From: Spirochaetia bacterium
GTDB taxonomy: Bacteria > Spirochaetota > Spirochaetia > WTKD01 > G963693115
Length of the DNA: 64,000 nt
NCBI GenBank assembly: GCA_965226055.1
Contig: CBDDCA010000005.1
Coordinates: 320,001-384,000 of the forward strand
Direction: 5' to 3'
Both the position numbers and the translations under genes were made by a program. Shown piece after piece: positions 9,423 through 17,640 of the stretch. Within the stretch, counting starts at the first letter, position 1. Every line of letters begins with the position of its first letter. The notes under the pieces are model-generated. The model was not told the origin of the DNA, made no database searches, and worked only from the letters and a program-made list of their open reading frames with translations.

Positions 9423-9472
9423 AAAGGAGACCTCCTCCTATTTGTTTGCTTATCAATATAGAGGTCTCCTTT
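9423..9472. terminator. Hairpin between the convergent guaC and glnK genes
   Basis: AAAGGAGACCTC...GAGGTCTCCTTT with flanking A/T runs. Confidence 0.7.
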
Positions 9473-9506
9473 TTATTGTATGTATGCTTATCCACATACA
9501 TACAGA

Positions 9507-9848
9507 TTATCCGATTGCCTGCTTTCCTTTGTCACGATTCCTAATTCTTATGCAATCTTCAATAGGAATGACAAAAATCTTTCCATCACCAATAGTATCT
9601 GTTTGAGCTCCTTCAATAATGGCATCTATTGCTTTATCAACAAAATCATCGTTTACTGCTATCTCAATACGAATCTTCTTGAGGAGCTGTAATTCTACTT
9701 CTATCCCTTTCCATGAACCAGTGTAGCCTGCTTGTTGACCACAGCCCAGTGCATTTGTAATGCTCATTTTATATATCTCATGCTTAAACAGAGATTTTTT
9801 TACATCTTCCAGTTTATATGGTTGAATATACGCTATAATTAATTTCAT
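9507..9848 (-). CDS. glnK: P-II nitrogen regulatory protein
   Basis: GCGQQ T-loop base, LLKKIRIEIAV, IGDGKIFV, CIRIR; directly downstream of amtB; AGGAGG RBS. Confidence 0.9.
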   Translation of the reverse strand: MKLIIAYIQPYKLEDVKKSLFKHEIYKMSITNALGCGQQAGYTGSWKGIEVELQLLKKIRIEIAVNDDFVDKAIDAIIEGAQTDTIGDGKIFVIPIEDCIRIRNRDKGKQAIG

Positions 9849-9860
9849 ATTGTTCCTCCT

Positions 9861-11102
9861 TTAATTATCAATAATTTGAAATCCACTATACGACTCATTT
9901 CCATGTTCTGTAATATCAAGTCCTTCTATTTCTTCTTTTCTGCTTACTCTCAATAAGTTCATAGCTTTGAGTATACCAAATAATACTATACAACATAGAG
10001 AAGACCACACTATAAAAACGAACACTCCCAGAGCTTGTACTCCTAGCATTTCAAATCTACTGAGCGTTACCTCTATTATAGAAAGATCTCCAAAAAGCGC
10101 TACCGCAAGTGTCCCCCATATCCCACATACTCCATGTACAGCAAAAGCCCCTACTGGATCATCGATACGTAATACTCGTTCTGTTCCTACTGCTGCAAAC
10201 ACAACAACAATCCCGCCTATCGCACCTATAATAATAGATCCTATTGGTGAAAATATATATGCACCAGCAGTAATACTCACCAATCCTCCAAGTGCTCCGT
10301 TCAAAGTAAGCGGTACATCAACTTTCTTATAGAGCGAAGTAACAGTGAGCATTGCCCCTAGAGTTCCTGCTGCTGCTCCTAACGTGGTATTTACCAAGAC
10401 TAACATTATATTTGTGTCAACTCCAGACAATGTTGAGCCTCCATTAAAACCATACCATCCAAACCATATGATAAAGACACCTAAGCCAACTAACGGGATA
10501 CTATGTCCAGGAAATGAACGAATATGAACACTGCCATCTCCTCTTTTTACAAATTTACCAAGACGAGGCCCAAGAAAAACCGCTGCCCAAAAAGCACACA
10601 TTCCTCCTAAAAGATGAACAACAGTAGAACCTGCAAAGTCATAAAAACCAAGAGAGGCAAGCCATCCTGAATTCCACACCCATCCTCCTGATATAGGATA
10701 CACAAACCCAGTAACAAAAAGAGACACAATGAGATACCCCACAAATTTTGCTCTCTCACTCATAGCTCCTGATATTATTGTTGCTGCAGTAGCAGCAAAC
10801 ACAACCTGCAAAAACCAATCTCTATATACAGTACTGTCTGCCCCTACAAGAGCAAATTGATCTGTCCCAATAATACCTGCATAGGAACTTCCATACATAA
10901 GCCCCCATCCAAACAAGAAAAAAGATATAGCACCTATACACATATCAGATATATTTTTCATAACGATATTTGCTGTATTTTTCGTTCGCACAAGCCCCGA
11001 CTCTAACATCGCAAATCCTGCTTGCATAAAAAATATCAATATGGCAGATAAAACAATCCATAGCATGTCAAAAATTGGTGTAGTAACATTTAATATTTCC
11101 AT
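9861..11102 (-). CDS. amtB: Ammonium transporter
   Basis: FMQAGFAMLESG, DFAGSTVVH, WFGWYGFNGGS, IDDPVGAFAVHG. Confidence 0.96.
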   Translation of the reverse strand: MEILNVTTPIFDMLWIVLSAILIFFMQAGFAMLESGLVRTKNTANIVMKNISDMCIGAISFFLFGWGLMYGSSYAGIIGTDQFALVGADSTVYRDWFLQVVFAATAATIISGAMSERAKFVGYLIVSLFVTGFVYPISGGWVWNSGWLASLGFYDFAGSTVVHLLGGMCAFWAAVFLGPRLGKFVKRGDGSVHIRSFPGHSIPLVGLGVFIIWFGWYGFNGGSTLSGVDTNIMLVLVNTTLGAAAGTLGAMLTVTSLYKKVDVPLTLNGALGGLVSITAGAYIFSPIGSIIIGAIGGIVVVFAAVGTERVLRIDDPVGAFAVHGVCGIWGTLAVALFGDLSIIEVTLSRFEMLGVQALGVFVFIVWSSLCCIVLFGILKAMNLLRVSRKEEIEGLDITEHGNESYSGFQIIDN

Positions 11103-11307
11103 TTTTCCTCCTTGTAACTACATATATGTAATATATTATTAAACTATTACTTTTTTGTCAATACATTTTCTCAAAATAACTGAAAAATCTTAAAAAATGT
11201 GTATATATACGTAATGGAAGCCTGAAAATATCACTTTATTAAAAAAAATTGAAATATTTTGAAAAAATATGTACATATACTTATAAAAAATATAATATAA
11301 TTAAGAT

Positions 11308-11757
11308 ATGAAAAAGATAAAATTACACACACATTTACAAATAAAAGATCAAGAGCAGTACAAGATACATTTTATGAGACCTAATCAAGATGATGATGAA
11401 CCTTCTCATCCTTATGAGTGTTCATTAAAAGAAGTAACACAAGATTGGCAAAATTACCGAGATGAGAACGATAGATGGGGTGATGCTAATTACATTTTTG
11501 CATTAGTGCAAATGCCTGAAGAGCCTGAAAACGAGAACTTGTGGTTATTTTTGGGTATATTTAAAATACTCAAAAAAACAGAGGATGGCTATAGAACTCA
11601 ATGGTTTGATAAATATAAAGAGTTCTTTAATAGGCTCATAGTTAAGTATAATCATCGTGCAAAAAATAACTATTTTAATTTGGAAGGGCTTTATAATAAA
11701 CTCGTACTCCATAAAATAAATGATACAGCAGTAAACAAAGACTGGTCTCTTATATAA
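11308..11757 (+). CDS. Hypothetical protein resembling the N-terminal domain of GIY-YIG nuclease-family proteins (copy 1)
   Basis: YKIHF..WQNYR..YIFAL..LWLFLGIF..RLIVKY pattern recalled from such proteins; no GIY-YIG catalytic domain follows. Confidence 0.55.
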   Translation: MKKIKLHTHLQIKDQEQYKIHFMRPNQDDDEPSHPYECSLKEVTQDWQNYRDENDRWGDANYIFALVQMPEEPENENLWLFLGIFKILKKTEDGYRTQWFDKYKEFFNRLIVKYNHRAKNNYFNLEGLYNKLVLHKINDTAVNKDWSLI

Positions 11758-11874
11758 AAGAAACATCCTTTCTTTTATAGCCTTACTGTTTTGCATGCAC
11801 TGATTGTATCTTTCGTCAATATGTCTCTGAGCTATAGGAAATCAGTGCATGCCATTTTCTATTGGCAAGTGCTT
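11757..11874. repeat. Direct repeat of 12382-12499 (offset 625), including the last 59 bp of apt
   Basis: Near-identical sequence aaagaa..cctttcttttatagcc...ttggcaagtgctt in both places. Confidence 0.9.
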
Positions 11875-11944
11875 TCTGTAAAAAAATCTGAAGATATCTT
11901 GGAAAGAGTAGTATATATCCTGAAAAAAATATATAATATAAGAT

Positions 11945-12382
11945 ATGGAAAAAATAAAAGATATAAAACTAAGTAATGTTTTACCGATAGAAAATCAGTG
12001 GCAGTACAAGATACATTTTATGGTACATGGTGAAGGTACTTCTCATCCTTATGAGTGTTCATTAAAAGAAGTAACACAAGATTGGCAAAATTACCGAGGT
12101 GAGAACAATAGATGGGGTGATGCTAAATATATGTTTGCATTAGTACGAACGCCTGAAGACAATGATCTATGGTTATTTTTGGGTATATTTGAAATACTTG
12201 AAAAAAGAGAGGATGGCTATGACACTAAATGGTCTGATAAACGTAAAGAGTTCTTTAATAGACTCATAATAAAGTATCATAATCGTTCACAACAAATCTA
12301 TCGCAATTTGGAGGGACTTTATGATGAACTCTTACTCCATAAAATAAATGATACAGCAGTAAACAAAAAATGGTCTCCATAA
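11945..12382 (+). CDS. Tandem paralogue of 11308-11757 (copy 2)
   Basis: Shares SHPYECSLKEVTQDWQNYR, LWLFLGIF, KEFFNRLI, NLEGLY, LHKINDTAVNK. Confidence 0.6.
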   Translation: MEKIKDIKLSNVLPIENQWQYKIHFMVHGEGTSHPYECSLKEVTQDWQNYRGENNRWGDAKYMFALVRTPEDNDLWLFLGIFEILEKREDGYDTKWSDKRKEFFNRLIIKYHNRSQQIYRNLEGLYDELLLHKINDTAVNKKWSP

Positions 12383-12440
12383 AAGAAGCGTCCTTTCTTT
12401 TATAGCCTTACTGTTTTGCATGCACTGATTGTATCTTTCG

Positions 12441-12974
12441 TCAGTATGTTTCCGAGCTATAGGAAATCAGTGCATGCCATTTTCTATTGGCAAGTGCTTC
12501 TTCAAAAGGAAGAAAATCAAGTGCAATGATACTTGCCACTTCCTCTACTTGAGCACCATTTGCTTCAAGCAGTTCGCACGCTGCCCTTGCGGTACCACCA
12601 GTAGCAAGAAGATCATCAAACAACACTACTTTTCCATGCGGTACATCCTCAGGGTGTAATTCTACTTCATCTGCACCGTACTCCAGAGAAAAACTTTTTC
12701 TTTGTGTCTTGCGTGGTAGTTTGCCTGCTTTTCTTACAAGCAACAGTGGAAGCTGTAGTTTGTATGCTACTGGAGAAGCAAAGATAAATCCACGAGAATC
12801 TATTGCTACTATCGCAGCTATTCCACTATTTCTATATCTTTCTTCGTACTCATCAATAACTTGTGCAAATACCGTAGGCTGTAATAATATCCCTGTAATA
12901 TCATAAAATAATATTCCTGGTTTCGGAAAATCTTTTACCTTCAATATTGCATTATCTAACGCTGTTTTATCCAT
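12441..12974 (-). CDS. apt: Adenine phosphoribosyltransferase
   Basis: DFPKPGILFYDIT, IDSRGFIF, RKAGKLP, LEYG, DDLLATGGT; AAGGAG upstream of ATG 12974. Confidence 0.96.
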   Translation of the reverse strand: MDKTALDNAILKVKDFPKPGILFYDITGILLQPTVFAQVIDEYEERYRNSGIAAIVAIDSRGFIFASPVAYKLQLPLLLVRKAGKLPRKTQRKSFSLEYGADEVELHPEDVPHGKVVLFDDLLATGGTARAACELLEANGAQVEEVASIIALDFLPFEEALANRKWHALISYSSETY

Positions 12975-13083
12975 GATATCTCCTTTTTTCATTCCTGTTA
13001 TATAATCATTATTATCAATTTTTATCAAATACTTTCTCTTAATTTCATACCATTAATAAAAAAAATTTGACATTCTCTTATTA

Positions 13084-14103
13084 TTATATTCTATTATGCA
13101 ATTTCTTAAATATATGATTACGTGATGATATAGTAGCACTTATATCACTATATATATTACGGGTAAGATATTCATATCCTATTCCCGCTATCATTGCTGC
13201 GTTATCCATACATAATTCTATTGAAGGAAACAAAGCCTTAGTAGAGGGCATATCTTTCATTCTTCTGCGTAAGTATCTATTACATGCCACTCCCCCTCCA
13301 AAAGCTACAGTAGTAATGCCAGTTTCTTTTACCAGTGCTTCAATACGTTCAACAATTATTTCAATAGCAGCAACACGAAAAGCAGCCGCTATATTTTCCT
13401 TACTTTGTGGATATGTTGTATTCCAGTATTTTTCTCTATGATGAATAGATGCTGTCTTTAATCCCGAATAGGACATATCATACCCATATACTTTTATAGG
13501 ATACTGCGGAAAACATGCTGCTTCTGCATTTCCTTCTTCGGCATATACATCAAGCTGTGCTCCTCCTGGATATGCAACTCCAAGCTCTCGTGCTACCTTA
13601 TCAAACGCTTCTCCACATGAATCGTCAAGTGTTACTCCTTTGACTTCTATTGTATCAAAAGTATGCACAATGCCAAGGACAGTATGTCCTCCAGAAACAA
13701 CAACTCCTATGTAGGGATACTGAATATTATTTTCAACACATGCTGAGTAAAAATGTGCTTTAATATGGTCAACACAAACAAAAGGAATACCTCTTGACAA
13801 TGCAACTCCTTTTGCAAACTGTACCCCAACAAGCAAAGAACCGCGCAATCCCGGACAAGCACTTACCGCAATACTATCAATAGAAAGAGAGCTTTGTTTT
13901 TCTGTATACTCTTGCATTACTTGTTGATACAAATGAGCTATATGCTGAACATGTAATCGTGAAGCAAGTTCGGGGACTACTCCGTTATGTTGCTTATGTT
14001 TTTCAATTTGACTGTGTGTGCGTAACGCTATTATTTCATTTCCATCTTTTACCAGCGCAATAGAACACTCATCACAAGAACTTTCAATTCCTAGCACTAC
14101 CAT
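13084..14103 (-). CDS. tsaD: tRNA N6-adenosine threonylcarbamoyltransferase
   Basis: LGIESSCDE, GVVPELASRLH, HIKAH, VSGGHT, DDSCGEAFDK, SYSGLKT, DNAAMIA. Confidence 0.95.
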   Translation of the reverse strand: MVVLGIESSCDECSIALVKDGNEIIALRTHSQIEKHKQHNGVVPELASRLHVQHIAHLYQQVMQEYTEKQSSLSIDSIAVSACPGLRGSLLVGVQFAKGVALSRGIPFVCVDHIKAHFYSACVENNIQYPYIGVVVSGGHTVLGIVHTFDTIEVKGVTLDDSCGEAFDKVARELGVAYPGGAQLDVYAEEGNAEAACFPQYPIKVYGYDMSYSGLKTASIHHREKYWNTTYPQSKENIAAAFRVAAIEIIVERIEALVKETGITTVAFGGGVACNRYLRRRMKDMPSTKALFPSIELCMDNAAMIAGIGYEYLTRNIYSDISATISSRNHIFKKLHNRI

Positions 14104-14182
14104 TACATATAGTATACTTTTTTATAATAATCTTTGTATAACAATAAACAGTATAAAACAAATAGAACAAAAACAGTATTAT

Positions 14183-15268
14183 TTAAGGGGGAGTAGCACT
14201 CACTTGTACATACTCAAAAAAACTGTTTAAGCCAACAAGCTGTCCCCCATCTTCCACAATGGTAGGGTACATTGTAGATATTGCAATAAAGGTATTTGGT
14301 TTTGTTACATGTCCAATAAGCACAGCAAAGCCTTTTTGTTTTGCCAGTGTCATTCCTTTTCTTATTTGCTCAGTAATATATTGTACGTTATTATTGTTAT
14401 CAATAAAAACATCTCGTACGATAATGTGCATGCCTAAACTGTCTGCAACTGCTTCTGCTACTGTATTTGAGCTTGTTCTACTATCTAAAAATATAAGATT
14501 TTTCTGTTTTGCTGTTTTTAGTACTGTATGCATAAGCCTTTTATCAGCAGTAGCAAGGCTTCCCATATGATTATTAAATCCTATACTTCCTGCTACAGAT
14601 TGTAGACTATTTTGAATAAGTTCTGATATTTGATTTGCACTATACGATACTTTGAGTGCATATTCTCCTGGCGACTCATTTCCAATCGGTTGCATTGGCA
14701 TATGTAACATATACGGGATATTATTTTTTTGCAACACATCGACTATTTGGGTTGTATACGATAAAAACGGCAATACCGCAAATGTTACTGTTCCTGCAAA
14801 ACTGAGATACGGGGTTATCTGTTCAAATGATGCTCCAGCATCATCCAGCACAAAGAACAGTACATATGCATCTGTATCATTCTTTAGCGTATACTTTTTT
14901 TTTCTCCCAGAAAATTTATCTTTATTTTCAAGAGTACTATCAAGAAATTCTGAACTTTGCATAGATGCTGTCTTGCTTGCTGTAGGTGATAACACAAGTA
15001 TGTGAGATGTTTCATGTTCTACAGTACTCTCAAAGGGCAGTGAGTACAATGTTTGAGTACCACTATCAGATATTTCTCTATTTGTTTCTCTATTGAAATG
15101 AGACGAGAGAGCATCACTATCAGCTTTAGAATGTTGTGGTTGACTCGATACAGAGATACCATGTGTATCAGTATAAGAAGAACTATAGTAGCTTCCTAAT
15201 AAAAACAATAACAGAAAGAGTACACTACATATTGAAAAAACAATAAGGACAGGACGCCAATATATCAT
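14183..15268 (-). CDS. Divergent polysaccharide deacetylase family protein (YibQ/DUF610-like), N-terminal anchor
   Basis: VLDDAG, TFAVLP, LHMPMQP, NNHMGS, FLDSRT, RDVFID, LIGH. Confidence 0.9.
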   Translation of the reverse strand: MIYWRPVLIVFSICSVLFLLLFLLGSYYSSSYTDTHGISVSSQPQHSKADSDALSSHFNRETNREISDSGTQTLYSLPFESTVEHETSHILVLSPTASKTASMQSSEFLDSTLENKDKFSGRKKKYTLKNDTDAYVLFFVLDDAGASFEQITPYLSFAGTVTFAVLPFLSYTTQIVDVLQKNNIPYMLHMPMQPIGNESPGEYALKVSYSANQISELIQNSLQSVAGSIGFNNHMGSLATADKRLMHTVLKTAKQKNLIFLDSRTSSNTVAEAVADSLGMHIIVRDVFIDNNNNVQYITEQIRKGMTLAKQKGFAVLIGHVTKPNTFIAISTMYPTIVEDGGQLVGLNSFFEYVQVSATPP

Positions 15269-15348
15269 ACTACTAAAAACATCATACCAGTACTATAGTC
15301 ATATACTACTATGTAAAGATTTTCTGCACCTTATGTGATCAAGCTATG

Positions 15349-15672
15349 CTATACATATTTTCTGTACTGCTGAGTAATAGCCTCTGAAAAGCCTAGTTCA
15401 CTTTGCTGAGCAATAAGAGAAGCGTATTCATCATATAACATACCACTAAATATGTCTTCACTTAATCCTCCATAAAAAGGATTTTTCTTTTCATCTACTG
15501 TTTTTTTCATACTATCAAGTACCAGCTTGATAAACATTGCTTCAAACTCATCAGCAATTTTTTCAAGTTTTTCACTATCATCCTTAGCAAGATCAACAGC
15601 ACGTGTTGCGTTCTGCACAGTATATTGATTACTACTACTTGCTTGCTCTAATGCTAATCCGTGTATGTCCAT
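15349..15672 (-). CDS. flgJ: Single-domain flagellar rod-binding protein
   Basis: EFEAMFIKLVLDSMKKTV..EDIFSGMLYDEYA; follows flgG. Confidence 0.85.
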   Translation of the reverse strand: MDIHGLALEQASSSNQYTVQNATRAVDLAKDDSEKLEKIADEFEAMFIKLVLDSMKKTVDEKKNPFYGGLSEDIFSGMLYDEYASLIAQQSELGFSEAITQQYRKYV

Positions 15673-15713
15673 ATACTATCTGCTCCTTGTATTTTTTATC
15701 TACTGTAATATTG

Positions 15714-16508
15714 TTATCGCTTAAGATTTGCTGCAATACCAAGCATAGAATCTGATGTTTGAATAGCTTTAGAGTTAAACTCATATGCTCTTTGTGCTTT
15801 AATCATATTTACAAATTCGGTAATAAGATTTACATTTGATCCTTCACGAAACCCTTGTCTCAATAATCCAACGCCTTCACTTCCTGGCTGAAAAGAAACA
15901 GCATCCCCTGATGCTACTGTTTGTGTAAAATAGTTATTTCCTTGTGCTTCTAATCCAGCAGGATTGAGAAAACGATAGAGTATAAACTGCCCTATTTCTT
16001 CGTAGTTAGTTTCTCCAAATCGTCTAATGCTTACTCTTCCATCATCGGTAACTTTGAGTGTTTTTAAGTCTCCATCTCTTGGAACAAAGATATTAGGATC
16101 TACTCGATACCCTTCACTGGTAACAAGCTGTCTATTTCTATCTATCTTAAATTCACCATTACGAGTATATCCAAAACGCCCTTCGGGCAAAAATATCCGA
16201 AAAAACCCTTCCCCCTGAATGGCAAGATCTGTTTTTACCTGTGTTTGTTCCATATTGCCTTGTTCAAACATTTTAGGCGAAGATGCCGATCGCACTCCAT
16301 GCCCCACCTGTAAGCCTACGGGGACTAGCGTTTGCTCAGTTGCAGGTGTTCCTGCATTACGATGAGTCTGATATATTAAATCTTGAAATTCGCTACGATT
16401 TCGCTTAAATCCAGTAGTATTAACATTAGCAAGATTGTTTGATATTGTATCTATATTAAACTGCTGACCTAACATTCCTGATGCAGCTGTCCATAATGAA
16501 TTTACCAT
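15714..16508 (-). CDS. flgG: Flagellar basal-body distal rod protein
   Basis: SLWTAASGM, ISNNLANVNTTGFK, FQDLIYQ, GYTRNG, AQRAYEFNSKAIQTSD. Confidence 0.95.
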   Translation of the reverse strand: MVNSLWTAASGMLGQQFNIDTISNNLANVNTTGFKRNRSEFQDLIYQTHRNAGTPATEQTLVPVGLQVGHGVRSASSPKMFEQGNMEQTQVKTDLAIQGEGFFRIFLPEGRFGYTRNGEFKIDRNRQLVTSEGYRVDPNIFVPRDGDLKTLKVTDDGRVSIRRFGETNYEEIGQFILYRFLNPAGLEAQGNNYFTQTVASGDAVSFQPGSEGVGLLRQGFREGSNVNLITEFVNMIKAQRAYEFNSKAIQTSDSMLGIAANLKR

Positions 16509-16557
16509 GTTTACTCCTTTACATATCCTTTATTATCTTATATTATCTTAATTATAT

Positions 16558-17418
16558 CTATATTCGTATACTTAACAAACGTTCAGTCGATTGATCAGAA
16601 CTTTGTATTACTTTCTGTCCTGCTTCATAGGCACGATTTACTTCTATCATTTCAACCATTTGTCGAATAGGTTCTACATTTGATGCTTCAATATATCCTT
16701 GCAAAAATGTTGGTCTATCAATCTCAGCTACCAGTTCATTTGCTTCTCCACTGTACTCATTTGCAGTATAAAGGCTGTTTCCTTGTTTTTTGAGATAGCG
16801 CTGAAATTCAAAATCTACCACTCGTATTGTATCTAATACTATTGATTGCTCCCAATCATTATCGTGTGTATCTACAAAATTTTCTACTGGATCGCGCAAA
16901 TCAGCGTTTACTATTACTTGTCCTGCATCATTTACCTTAAAATTATTCTGTTGTACACGGATGTATCCATTTTCACCCAACAAAGGATAGCCTTCTTTTG
17001 TCATAAGTATATTATTATTTCCTATAATAAAATTGCCATTACGCGTATATCGTTCTCCATAAGGGGTGTCTACTGCAAAAAAACCTTGTCCTGATAATGC
17101 TATATCAGCTGGATTTCCTGTCTCTTGAGGAGCTCCTTGTGTAAATACTGTGTATATCTCGTTTTGTTCCACTCCTGTACCAAGCACCCCTACCACTGGA
17201 TTTTTATCTATTGAACCAACTGTGGGCAACACTCCTGTAGGAAACTTAGTACGATACGCTCCCATATTACGAATAAGTAGTTCGGGAAAACTTTTATCAA
17301 TAGACTCTTCTCTTTTATATGCAGTTGTAGTAGCATTAGCAAGGTTATTGGTAATCACATCAAGCCTTTGTTGCTGAGTGAGCATACCAGAAACAGCTGT
17401 ATACATTCCTCTTACCAT
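16558..17418 (-). CDS. flgF: Flagellar basal-body rod protein FlgF/FlhO
   Basis: RGMYTAVSGM, NNLANATT, ERYTRNG, EASNV, RAYEA; upstream of flgG. Confidence 0.8.
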   Translation of the reverse strand: MVRGMYTAVSGMLTQQQRLDVITNNLANATTTAYKREESIDKSFPELLIRNMGAYRTKFPTGVLPTVGSIDKNPVVGVLGTGVEQNEIYTVFTQGAPQETGNPADIALSGQGFFAVDTPYGERYTRNGNFIIGNNNILMTKEGYPLLGENGYIRVQQNNFKVNDAGQVIVNADLRDPVENFVDTHDNDWEQSIVLDTIRVVDFEFQRYLKKQGNSLYTANEYSGEANELVAEIDRPTFLQGYIEASNVEPIRQMVEMIEVNRAYEAGQKVIQSSDQSTERLLSIRI

Positions 17419-17435
17419 ATTATCTCCTACAAGTT

Positions 17436-17463
17436 ATATTCGGTTATCTCAGAAAAGAATAAA
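17436..17463 (-). promoter_or_regulatory. Possible sigma-28 promoter for flgF-flgG-flgJ
   Basis: Minus strand TTTA-N16-CCGAATAT, resembling TAAA-N16-CCGATAT. Confidence 0.35.
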
Positions 17464-17606
17464 GGAAAATTGTAAAAAAAGAATATTGGCATGTTACATG
17501 GTACATTCAAAGGAAATACACATCAAAACATATGTAGTACGATTTCATACATACAGCATAAATGCTTATGCCATGTACTATTTATCTATGTATAAGAAAT
17601 AATACT

Positions 17607-17637
17607 AAAAAGAGAGTGCTATGCACTCTCTTTTTTT
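17607..17637 (-). terminator. Intrinsic terminator after the large lipoprotein gene A
   Basis: AAAAAGAGAGTGC-TAT-GCACTCTCTTTTT immediately past the stop codon. Confidence 0.8.
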
Positions 17638-17640
17638 ATG

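Noticed and set aside
11793-11852. Integron attC site
   Set aside because: The inverted repeat lacks RYYYAAC/GTTRRRY ends and no IntI is present. Kept only as an unexplained inverted repeat.
11791-11976. Small plus-strand ORFs (also 12429-12659) in the duplicated apt end
   Set aside because: The substitution pattern fits the minus-strand apt frame, not these frames.
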